This document shows, piece after piece, positions 18,348 to 30,007 of a stretch of DNA of 36,127 nt (position 1 is its first letter; each line of letters begins with the position of its first letter). A program made the position numbers and the translations under genes. A model generated the notes under the pieces. It was not told where the DNA came from. It ran no database searches and saw nothing but the letters and a program-made list of their open reading frames with translations. The DNA comes from Pseudomonadota bacterium. GTDB taxonomy: Bacteria; Pseudomonadota; Alphaproteobacteria; Acetobacterales; Acetobacteraceae. The DNA is taken from assembly GCA_021807975.1 (NCBI GenBank), contig JAKBCJ010000001.1:1-36127 (forward strand), in the 5' to 3' direction.

Positions 18348-19654
18348 TGCGCGACCTCGGCTTCGGCGGCTGGTTCCCGTCCGGCCAGCACCCGGTCCAC
18401 GCGCCGCCCGTCCATCTCCAGCACTTCGAACCGCCAGCCGCCGAACACGATCCGGTCCCCGACCCGCGGCACCCGCCGCAGCAGCGCCAGCAGCAGCCCG
18501 GCCAATGTATGATAACTGCCCTCCGCCGGCAGGTCCGGCAGGCTCAGTCTGGCTTTCAGTTCATCGACCGGCGTCATGCCATCCAGGGTCATGGCGGCAT
18601 CGCCCTGCGGCCCCGGCACGCCTTCTTGATGTTCCGGCCCGGTTCCATCGCCAACGATCGCCTGCAACACGTCCGCCGCCGTCACCACGCCCTCGAAGCT
18701 GCCGTATTCGTCCATCACCAGCGCGAGGCCCAGCGCGTCGGACTTCAGCCGCTCCAGCGCATCCAGGGCGCTGATCGTGTCCGGCACGATCATCGGCTGC
18801 TTCAGGCTGGCGCCGACCGACAGCTCCCCGCCGCTGAGAATCCGGTCCAGCAGGTCTTTGGCCTGTACCACGCCCACCACGTTGTCGATCGACCGGTCGC
18901 ACACCACGAACCGCGAGTGCGGCGCCGCCTTCAAGGTCGCGGCTATGGCCTTTGCCGGATGGGTCCGGTCGATCCAGGCCAGTTCCGTCCGCGGCGTCAT
19001 GATCGCCCGCACCGGCTTGTCCGCCAGCCGCAGCACGCGTTCGATCATGTCGCGTTCTTCCATTTCCAGCACGCCGGTCTGCGCACCCTCGATCAGCAGC
19101 GCCTTCAGTTCCTCTTCCGTCACGGACTGCCGCGACGCCCGGTGCAGGCCGAACAGCCGCAGGATGAAGCCCGACGACACCCCTAGCAGCCACACCGCCG
19201 GCCCGCCGACCCGCGACAGCACCGCGATCGGCCCCGCCACGCGGATCGCCATCAGTTCCGGCGTCCGCAGCGCGAGCTGCTTGGGCACCAGTTCCCCCAG
19301 CACCAGCGTCAGATAGGTCGTGACCACGACCACGAGCGCCAGCGAGATTCCCTCCGCGCCCTGCGCCACCGCCGGGATCGTCGCCAGCCATGCCTGAAGG
19401 TGGGAGGCAATCCGGGCGCCGCCGAACACCCCGGTGAGGACGCTGACCAGGGTGATGCCGACCTGAACCGTGGGCAGGAACCGTTGCGGGTCGTCGGCCA
19501 GCAACCGAGCCGCCGCGGCCCCTTTGACACCTTTCCGCTCCAGCACAGCCAGCCGGGCCCGGCGCACCGACACCAGCGCCAGTTCGCTGAGCGAGAACAG
19601 GCCGTTCAGCACGATCAAAAGCAGGATGACGGCGACTTCGAGACCGATGGTCAT
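18344..19654 (-). CDS. Hemolysin-family CNNM/CBS/CorC_HlyC membrane protein (TlyC-like)
   Basis: LNGLFSLSELALVS, GELVPKQLAL, IMTPR, DEYGSFEGVVT, YHTLAG. Stop overlaps the next start (ATGA). Confidence 0.93.
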   Translation of the reverse strand: MTIGLEVAVILLLIVLNGLFSLSELALVSVRRARLAVLERKGVKGAAAARLLADDPQRFLPTVQVGITLVSVLTGVFGGARIASHLQAWLATIPAVAQGAEGISLALVVVVTTYLTLVLGELVPKQLALRTPELMAIRVAGPIAVLSRVGGPAVWLLGVSSGFILRLFGLHRASRQSVTEEELKALLIEGAQTGVLEMEERDMIERVLRLADKPVRAIMTPRTELAWIDRTHPAKAIAATLKAAPHSRFVVCDRSIDNVVGVVQAKDLLDRILSGGELSVGASLKQPMIVPDTISALDALERLKSDALGLALVMDEYGSFEGVVTAADVLQAIVGDGTGPEHQEGVPGPQGDAAMTLDGMTPVDELKARLSLPDLPAEGSYHTLAGLLLALLRRVPRVGDRIVFGGWRFEVLEMDGRRVDRVLAGREPAAEAEVAQ

Positions 19655-19751
19655 GGCGATTCCGGATGGATCGAGGCGATGTGTAGCTATCTACCACACG
19701 TTCACCATGTTCATCAGAACCTGAGAAATGCGTCCACCCACCGGAGTTACC

Positions 19752-20219
19752 ATGCCCGCCATCGCCATCCCCCTCTCCCTGCTCGGTTTGGTTCCCTTCG
19801 TCCTGTGCGCGTTTGGCGCCCTCGTCGCCGACCCCGCTTCGGCGGGTCATCTGCTGCTGGCCCTGACCGACTATGCGGCCCTGGTTCTGGGTTTTGCCGG
19901 CGGCGTGCATTGGGGCCTGGCGCTGCCGCCCGGATCGGTGCGCGCGAACCTGCGCTTCAGCGCCGGCGTCCTGCCGCTGATCGCCGCCTGGATGGCACTG
20001 GTGCTGGCACAGACGGTAGCCCCCCGGGTCGCGCTGGTGCTGCTGATCGCGGGCTATCTGGCAACGGTGCTGACGGAGCATCGGGCGCTGCGACGGCTGC
20101 TGCTGCCGTCGGGCTATGTCTGGATGCGGTGGGGTTTCACGATCGTGGCGGTGGTATCGATGCTGACGGTTCTGATGGTCCTGACGGTGCGCGGCATCGG
20201 TCAGACTATTGTATTCTAA
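19752..20219 (+). CDS. DUF3429-like membrane protein
   Basis: LLGLVPF...YAALVLGFAGGVHWG...YVWMRWGFT pattern; SD GGAG before ATG 19752. Confidence 0.8.
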   Translation: MPAIAIPLSLLGLVPFVLCAFGALVADPASAGHLLLALTDYAALVLGFAGGVHWGLALPPGSVRANLRFSAGVLPLIAAWMALVLAQTVAPRVALVLLIAGYLATVLTEHRALRRLLLPSGYVWMRWGFTIVAVVSMLTVLMVLTVRGIGQTIVF

Positions 20220-20242
20220 CAACTTCTGGCGTGGATTGGGCG

Positions 20243-20258
20243 TTCATGATTTATTAAC
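20243..20258. promoter_or_regulatory. Candidate CtrA box
   Basis: TTCA-N7-TTAAC on +, and TTAA-N7-TGAAC on -. Each is one mismatch from TTAA-N7-TTAAC. AT-rich patch about 30 bp upstream of the next ORF. Confidence 0.45.
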
Positions 20259-20289
20259 CACTGCCTGATTTTTGACCGGAACGCCCGCC

Positions 20290-20628
20290 ATGACCAGTCC
20301 GACCACCGCAGCCTCCATCCCCGCCACGGCGACGCGCCCGACGGCGGACATCGTCCCGTTTCCGGTTCGGAGCAAACCCGCCGCACCCGGGCCGGAGGAG
20401 CGGCTGGCCAAGGCCCTGGACTCGCTGAATGCGGCGATGGCCGACCAGCGGGCAGCCGTCGCCGCGTGGCGTTCGGTGCTGGGCGAATTGAAGGCAACCA
20501 CCGCGGGCCTGGACGAAAGCCTGACCCGCTACCGCGGCAATCTGCGCGCGCTGAGCGCCAGCGTGTCGTCCCTGCATGCCAAGGCGAAGTCGCTGGAGGA
20601 ATGGGCCGACAGCGCGGCGGCGGAGTAG
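20290..20628 (+). CDS. Hypothetical coiled-coil protein
   Basis: 112 aa with typical high-GC3 codons, an N-terminal ADIVPFP motif and a heptad-like helical body. Confidence 0.75.
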   Translation: MTSPTTAASIPATATRPTADIVPFPVRSKPAAPGPEERLAKALDSLNAAMADQRAAVAAWRSVLGELKATTAGLDESLTRYRGNLRALSASVSSLHAKAKSLEEWADSAAAE

Positions 20629-20643
20629 GGGCCGCGGCGGGCT

Positions 20644-22131
20644 TTAATCCAACGGCGTGATCGCCACCGCCGCTTTGTGCGAGGCGAACCGCTCCACCAT
20701 CGCGGCGCTGGCGTCGTTCAGTCCGACGACCTCGATCGCGCGTCCGTGGCGCTGTGCCTTCATGACCACACGGTCCAGCGCGCTGATCGCCGAGATGTCC
20801 CAAAAATGGGCAGCCGTGACATCGACGACGATCCGCGCCACGGGCTCCGCGACGTCGATCGCGTCGGCGAAGGTGCCGGCCGAGGCAAAGAACACCTGTC
20901 CCTCGACGAAATAGGTCCGAACCGATCCATCTTCGGATAGTTCAGAAGTGATAAGGCTTAGCCGCGATACTTTCCCGGCGAAGAAAATGCCCGACAGCAG
21001 CACGCCGGCCAGCACGCCTTTGGACAGGTCGCCGGTCGCCACGACCGTGCCAACCGTTGCCAGCATCACGACCGAGGACGGCCAGGGATTGGTTCGCAGG
21101 GCGAGCAACGACTGCCACGAGAAGGTATTGATCGACACCATGATCATCACCGCCGTCAGGGCGGCCACCGGCACGATCGCCAGCACCCTTTGCAGAATAA
21201 CCAGCAGCACCAGCAGAAACGCCCCGCCGACGAATGTGGAAAGCCTGCCCCGGCCACCGGACGTTACATTGATGACCGATTGTCCGATCATCGCACACCC
21301 GCCCATACCGCCGAACACCGCCGAAGCCATGTTGGCGATTCCTTGTCCGACACACTCGCGCCTTTTGCTGCTGGGCGTATCGGTCATGTCGTCCACGATT
21401 TGTGCGGTCAGAAGTGACTCAAGCAGTCCCACCGCCGCCAGCGTCAACGCGACCGGGGCGATAATACCAAGCGTGTCCATAGTAAACGGCACCCGGGGCA
21501 GGCCGAAGCCGGGCAATGCCGACGGCAACTGGCCAAGATCGGCCACCGTGCGCACATGGACCCCGAAAATCACGGTGATACCGGTCAGCACGATGATCGC
21601 CACCAGCGGAGAGGGAACCGCCTTGGTGAGGTATGGGAATCCATAAATGATCGCCAGACCGAGCGCGATCAGCCCGTAGGTGATTGTTGGCACCCCGACA
21701 AGCTGCGGTATCTGGGCCAGGAAAATCAGGATCGCGAGCGCATTGACGAAGCCGGTCAGGACCGACTGCGACACGAACCGCATGAGTCGGCCCATCTTCA
21801 GAAGTCCGGCCACGATCTGGAACAATCCCATCAGGATCGTCGCCGCGAACAGGTACTGGACGCCGTGATCATGCACCAGACCGGTCATCAGAACCGCGGT
21901 GGACGCGGTCGCGGCGGAGATCATCGCTGGACGTCCGCCGGTAAAGGCGATGACGCAGGCGATAACGACCGAGGCATACAGGCCAACCTTCGGGTCAACC
22001 CCGGCGACGACCGAAAAGCCGATCGCTTCAGGGATCAGCGCCAGGGCGACGACGATGCCTGACAGGATATCCATTCGGGGATTGGACAGCCACTCACGGA
22101 TCGTGCCGTGCGTATTGTTCATGGTGTTCAT
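20644..22131 (-). CDS. SulP-family anion transporter with short STAS domain
   Basis: [63 protein letters not shown]. Start at 22131 or 22122. Confidence 0.95.
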   Translation of the reverse strand: MNTMNNTHGTIREWLSNPRMDILSGIVVALALIPEAIGFSVVAGVDPKVGLYASVVIACVIAFTGGRPAMISAATASTAVLMTGLVHDHGVQYLFAATILMGLFQIVAGLLKMGRLMRFVSQSVLTGFVNALAILIFLAQIPQLVGVPTITYGLIALGLAIIYGFPYLTKAVPSPLVAIIVLTGITVIFGVHVRTVADLGQLPSALPGFGLPRVPFTMDTLGIIAPVALTLAAVGLLESLLTAQIVDDMTDTPSSKRRECVGQGIANMASAVFGGMGGCAMIGQSVINVTSGGRGRLSTFVGGAFLLVLLVILQRVLAIVPVAALTAVMIMVSINTFSWQSLLALRTNPWPSSVVMLATVGTVVATGDLSKGVLAGVLLSGIFFAGKVSRLSLITSELSEDGSVRTYFVEGQVFFASAGTFADAIDVAEPVARIVVDVTAAHFWDISAISALDRVVMKAQRHGRAIEVVGLNDASAAMVERFASHKAAVAITPLD

Positions 22132-22194
22132 ACAATCAGGTTCGCGGATGACGGACGAGGGATAGCGCAGCCGAAACGGCGGCCGGATTTCGTG

Positions 22195-22262
22195 TCACAT
22201 GCGTTGTCCGGCGGATTGGCGGCCGGAAAAGCCACCCGGATTTTCACCGGGTCCGAGCGAAT
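22195..22262 (-). promoter_or_regulatory. Structured cis-regulatory RNA in the sulP leader, probable sul1 RNA motif
   Basis: Minus strand CGGACCCGGTGAAAATCCGGGTGGCTTTTCCGGCCGCCAATCCGCCGGACAACGCATGTGA, with ACCCGG/CCGGGT and GTGGC/GCCGC stems. Position upstream of a SulP gene in an alphaproteobacterium matches the described sul1 motif context. Recalled, not searched. Confidence 0.65.
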
Positions 22263-22267
22263 GGCTA

Positions 22268-22296
22268 ACCGTAACCGCGCGGGCGCTGCAACGCAA
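22268..22296 (-). promoter_or_regulatory. Candidate sigma70 promoter for the sulP leader
   Basis: TTGCGT-N17-TACGGT on the minus strand, placing +1 near 22261 at the 5' edge of the structured leader. Confidence 0.45.
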
Positions 22297-22389
22297 CATC
22301 GGACAGGGCGGCGGTCAGGGCGATGCCCCGGAACCTGTCCGGCTGTCCGGCCGGCGTCCGGTCAGCCACCATGAGTCTTTGAATGTGTT

Positions 22390-22465
22390 TGGTGAGCCCG
22401 GTGGGAATCGAACCCACGACCCCAAGATTAAAAGTCTCGTGCTCTACCGACTGAGCTACAGGCTC
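22390..22465 (-). tRNA. tRNA-Lys (anticodon TTT)
   Basis: GAGCCTGTAGCTCAGTCGGTAGAGCACGAGACTTTTAATCTTGGGGTCGTGGGTTCGATTCCCACCGGGCTCACCA; 76-nt cloverleaf with encoded CCA. Confidence 0.98.
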
Positions 22466-22559
22466 TCCGCGGCGCTTTGAACGCCATACACGCCCGCGGG
22501 TCAAGCGTCTCCCGCGGGAATCTGACGTGCGATCTTAACCGACCGCACGCCTGTACCAT

Positions 22560-23060
22560 TTACGCCGCGTCGGCCGCGACCGAGAACTTAACGATTTTGT
22601 CCGGATTGGACACGGTGCCGCTACCGCCGCTGCCGCGCTTGATCTGATCGACCAATTCCATGCCCTCAACCACCTGTCCCCAGATGGTGTACTGGCCGTT
22701 CAGGTGCGATGCCGGTTCGAACATGATGAAGAACTGGCTGTTGGCGCTGTTCGGGCTCTGCGAGCGGGCCATGCCGCATGTCCCGCGCAGGAACTTCGCC
22801 TTATCGGTGAATTCCGCCCGGATATTGTCCAGGTCGCTGCCGCCGGTGCCGGTGCCGGTCGGGTCGCCGCCTTGGGCCATGAAGCCTTCGATGACACGGT
22901 GGAACACCGTGCCGTCGTAGAAGCCGCGGCGCACCAGGGTCTTGATCTGCTGCACATGCATCGGCGCGATCTCTGGCATCAACTGAATCACGACCCGGCC
23001 CTGCGCCAGGTCCAGATACAGTGTGTTCTCGGGGTCGAGAGCGGGTTTCGAGTCGCTCAT
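22560..23060 (-). CDS. Cyclophilin-type peptidyl-prolyl isomerase (cytoplasmic)
   Basis: FYDGTVFHRVIEGFMAQGGDP, MARSQSPNSANSQFFI; no signal peptide. Confidence 0.95.
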   Translation of the reverse strand: MSDSKPALDPENTLYLDLAQGRVVIQLMPEIAPMHVQQIKTLVRRGFYDGTVFHRVIEGFMAQGGDPTGTGTGGSDLDNIRAEFTDKAKFLRGTCGMARSQSPNSANSQFFIMFEPASHLNGQYTIWGQVVEGMELVDQIKRGSGGSGTVSNPDKIVKFSVAADAA

Positions 23061-23089
23061 GTCTGGTATCTCCTTTATTTTGAACGATG

Positions 23090-23638
<549 letters not shown>

Positions 23639-23670
23639 GGATGCTCTCCCCAATAAAAAAAGACGCGTAA

Positions 23671-24181
23671 TCAGCCCCGGATCCGCTTCATCACGCGATT
23701 CAGGGTCAGCGGTGGGACGAAAGAGGTAATGTCGCCCCCCAGCATGGCAACTTCCTTGACAAGGCGGGAGGCGATGAACTGGTGCCGCTCGCTGGCCATC
23801 AGGAACACCGTCTCGATATCCGGAGCCATGCGATAGTTCATGCCGGCCATCTGGAATTCATAGTCGAAATCCGACACCGCGCGAAGGCCGCGCACGATCA
23901 TGCTGGCACCCAGCTTGCGGGCGAAATCGACCAGCAGCGTGTCGAACGGCACGACCTCGATCACCATGCCGTTGCGGCTGGCGATCGACTCGATTTCGGC
24001 GGTCACCAGTTCCACGCGTTCTTCCAGCGTGAACAACGGACCTTTGCCGGTATTGATCGCCACCCCGACCACCAGCTTGTCCAGCAGTCGGGCGGCGCGG
24101 GCGATGACGTCGATATGGCCGTTGGTGATCGGGTCGAAGGTACCGGGATACAGCCCGATCCGCCGAGGGTTGTGGGTAGCC

Positions 24182-24192
<11 letters not shown>
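23671..24192 (-). CDS. coaD: Phosphopantetheine adenylyltransferase
   Basis: [29 protein letters not shown] 24192 overlaps the end of gyrA. Confidence 0.97.
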
Positions 24193-26983
<2,791 letters not shown>

Positions 26984-27180
26984 ATCTCACTCTGTCAGTT
27001 ACGTATGCCCGTCCGGTGCGGAAGTCCCTTGGGGCGTCTATGAACGCCGCTAGATAGGCTGATTCCGCGTCCGTGGCGAGAGGGACTTTTTACCTGTGCC
27101 CCATCCAGCAGCCAGCCGAGCGGCTTGTGCCGATCGGCGGTGTCGATCAGGATCGCCATCAAAGCACCTGGAGGAAACCG

Positions 27181-27786
27181 ATGGCCCTGCATATCGACTA
27201 TTACGTTTCGTTGAATTCGCCGTGGACCCATTTCGGCGCCGCGCGGATCGAGGCGATGGCCATGGCCGCGAATGCCACCATGCGGATCTATCCGGTCGAT
27301 TTCGGCGCCATTTTCGCCAAATCCGGCGGACTGCCGCTGCCCCAACGGTCCCTGCAGCGCCAGCACTACCGCTTGCAGGAACTGGCGCGCTGGCGCGACC
27401 ACCTGTGCATCCCGGTTCAGATCCATCCGAAATTCTTCCCCTCCAGCGAGGCGTTGTCGGCCAGTTGCGTCATCGCCGTGCGCGAGACGATTGGCGACCA
27501 GCCGGCGATCAAGCTGGCGCACCGTGTGCTGAAGGCGCTGTGGGAGCAGGACAGGAACCCCGCCGATACCGCCACCCTGGCCGGTCTGATCGCCGATGTC
27601 GGGCTGGACGCCGACCATGTGCTGAAACTGGGCGCCGACCCGAAATGGGCTGACATGCGAACAGCCGACACCGAAGCTGCCTTGGCGCGCAACGTATTCG
27701 GCGCCCCCACCTACGTGATCGGCGACGATATCTTTTGGGGCCAGGACCGGCTGGAATTCGTCCAGCGCCGTCTGGCGCGCGGCTGA
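27181..27786 (+). CDS. 2-hydroxychromene-2-carboxylate isomerase-like (DsbA fold, kappa GST)
   Basis: IDYYVSLNSPWT, ELARW, VFGAPTY...FWGQDRL; SD GGAGG before ATG 27181. Confidence 0.88.
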   Translation: MALHIDYYVSLNSPWTHFGAARIEAMAMAANATMRIYPVDFGAIFAKSGGLPLPQRSLQRQHYRLQELARWRDHLCIPVQIHPKFFPSSEALSASCVIAVRETIGDQPAIKLAHRVLKALWEQDRNPADTATLAGLIADVGLDADHVLKLGADPKWADMRTADTEAALARNVFGAPTYVIGDDIFWGQDRLEFVQRRLARG

Positions 27787-28832
27787 TGCGCGTTTACACG
27801 ATCCTGCCGCAACGTCACTGGCGCGAAGCCGGTCCCGCGGCCCGCGATGCCGAGGCCGCCGGTTTCGACGCATTGATGACGGTGGAACTCGGCCACGATC
27901 CGCTGGCACCGCTGGGCTTCGCCGCGCTGGAAACCTCGCGTGTCGAACTGACCCCATCGGTGGTCGTGGCGTTCCCGCGCAGCCCCACCACGCTCGCGCA
28001 ACAGGCATGGGACCTGCACGCTAACTCCAACGGTCGCTTCGTGCTGGGTCTGGGCAGCCAGGTGAAGGGCCATAACGAACGCCGCTTCGGAATCGCCTGG
28101 ACCGCGCCCGCGCCGCGGATGCGCGACTATGTCATGGCGCTGCGGGCCGTCTGGAAGGCGTGGGAAACCCGTGGCCGGCTGAATTTCGACAGCCCGCACT
28201 ACAAGCTGACCCTGATGACCCCCGATTTCTCGCCGGAACCCACCGGCCTGCCGATGGTGCCGGTGACGGTCGCCGCGGTGGGGGAGGCGATGCTGCGCGT
28301 TGCCGGTCAGGTGGGCGATGGCGTGCGGCTGCATCCGCTGTGCTCGCGCGCTTATCTGGAGCAGGTCTGCATGCCGCAGATGATGGAGGGTATGCGCCGC
28401 AGCGGCCGGTCCCGCCTGAATTTCGACGTGCATGGCGGCGGCTTCATCTGCACCGGCCCCGACGAGGCCACCGTCGCCGCCGAAATGGAAAAGGCCCGGC
28501 GGCGCATCGGTTTCTACGGGTCCACGCGCACCTATCTGCCCATCCTGGCGCTGCACGGCCTGGAAGACCTGGGCGCCAAATTGCACCGCATGTCGGTCGA
28601 GGGGCAGTGGGACCGCATGGGCGCCGAAGTCTCCGACGACACCGTGCGGGTTTTCGCCGCCTGCGGCACATACGATGTGCTGGCGAAGGAAATCGAGGCC
28701 CGTTACGGCGGCGTGGCGGATTCGGTCGATCTGCATTTCCCGGCCGGCACCTCCGTTGGCGTCATGAAAGAACTGGTCAGCGACATTCAACGCATCCCGC
28801 ACACTTTCGCGGGGTTCAATACCAACTGGTAG
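27786..28832 (+). CDS. LLM-class oxidoreductase, probable F420-dependent (TIGR03617-like)
   Basis: HDPL, VAFPRSP, GRFVLGLGSQVKGHNERRFG, FYGSTRTY; TGATG coupling to the upstream gene. Confidence 0.82.
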   Translation: MRVYTILPQRHWREAGPAARDAEAAGFDALMTVELGHDPLAPLGFAALETSRVELTPSVVVAFPRSPTTLAQQAWDLHANSNGRFVLGLGSQVKGHNERRFGIAWTAPAPRMRDYVMALRAVWKAWETRGRLNFDSPHYKLTLMTPDFSPEPTGLPMVPVTVAAVGEAMLRVAGQVGDGVRLHPLCSRAYLEQVCMPQMMEGMRRSGRSRLNFDVHGGGFICTGPDEATVAAEMEKARRRIGFYGSTRTYLPILALHGLEDLGAKLHRMSVEGQWDRMGAEVSDDTVRVFAACGTYDVLAKEIEARYGGVADSVDLHFPAGTSVGVMKELVSDIQRIPHTFAGFNTNW

Positions 28833-28842
28833 GGAAACCATC

Positions 28843-29991
28843 ATGGCGACGCCGGTGTTCCGTTTCGATCCCGTCGAACTGCCGCCCGAAGCGCTGAAAA
28901 TGCGCGTCGAGGTCAGGGAATTCATCAAGGAGCATGAGCACCTGATGGGGTTCTCCAAGGCGGATTTCAATCGCGATTTCAGCCGGGCGATGGGCAAGCG
29001 CGGCTGGATCGGGATGACGTGGCCGAAACGGTATGGCGGGCAGGAGCGGACCGCGTTCGAACGGTTCGTGCTGATCGAGGAAATGCTGGCAGCCGGTGCG
29101 CCGCTGTCGGCGCATTACACCGGCGACCGGCAAAGCGGCCCCAATATCCTGCGATTCGGCACCGAGGAGCAGAAGATGTTCTTCTGCCCGAAGATCGCCG
29201 CCGGAGAGTTGTCGTTCTGTATCGGCATGAGCGAACCCAACTCCGGCTCTGACGTTGCCGGCACCCGGACGCGGGCGGTGAAGGTCGATGGCGGCTATCG
29301 GATCAACGGCAGCAAGCTGTGGACATCGAACGCGCACAGGGCCGATTACTGTATCCTGTTTTGTAAGATGGCCGGCGACGGCGCGGATGACTCTGATCGC
29401 CATGCCGGGGCGACGCAGTTTCTGCTGGACCTGAAAACCCCGGGCGTTGAAATCCGGCCGGTGCTGAACCTGCTGGGGGAACATCACTTCAACGAAATAT
29501 TCCTGACCGACGTGTTCGTTCCGGACAACCGGCTTCTGGGGAAAGAAGGTAACGGCTGGAACCAGTTGACCAGCGAGTTGTCGTTTGAACGCAGCGCGCC
29601 CGACCGGTTCCTGGTGCTGTTCCAGATGCTGCGGGAGATGGTGCGCATGGCCGGCCCGACGCCGGACAAGGCAACCGCCGCCGCGTTGGGCAAGCTGATC
29701 GCGCAATTGGCGACGTTGCGCAGTATGTCTTTGTCGATAGCGGGCATGCTGCAGGATGGATACGATCCCAACAACGAATCCGCCGTCGTGAAAGACCTGG
29801 GCACGCGCTATGAGCAGGACATCCCCGTTGTCGCGCGCCAGTTGTTTCCAACGGAACCGGAACTGGAAGCGATCGATACATATGTATCGATGATCGCACG
29901 CAGCACGATGAACGCGCCGCGCTTATCCATCCAGGGCGGCACGCGGGAGATCCTGCGCGGGATCATCGCTCGCGGTCTTGGTCTGCGCTAA
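28843..29991 (+). CDS. Acyl-CoA dehydrogenase (catalytic-type subunit)
   Basis: IGMSEPNSGSD, INGSKLWTS, FNEIFLTDV, LSFERS, IQGGTREI. Confidence 0.92.
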   Translation: MATPVFRFDPVELPPEALKMRVEVREFIKEHEHLMGFSKADFNRDFSRAMGKRGWIGMTWPKRYGGQERTAFERFVLIEEMLAAGAPLSAHYTGDRQSGPNILRFGTEEQKMFFCPKIAAGELSFCIGMSEPNSGSDVAGTRTRAVKVDGGYRINGSKLWTSNAHRADYCILFCKMAGDGADDSDRHAGATQFLLDLKTPGVEIRPVLNLLGEHHFNEIFLTDVFVPDNRLLGKEGNGWNQLTSELSFERSAPDRFLVLFQMLREMVRMAGPTPDKATAAALGKLIAQLATLRSMSLSIAGMLQDGYDPNNESAVVKDLGTRYEQDIPVVARQLFPTEPELEAIDTYVSMIARSTMNAPRLSIQGGTREILRGIIARGLGLR

Positions 29992-30007
29992 CCCGGGGGA
30001 ACTCATC

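Noticed and set aside
18344-19654. Hemolysin label as evidence of a toxin system
   Set aside because: CNNM/CBS/CorC proteins are generally Mg2+/metal homeostasis proteins. The name is historical.
19700-19725. GTTC..GTTC resembling an alphaproteobacterial LexA box
   Set aside because: Spacing is N5, not the required GTTC-N7-GTTC.
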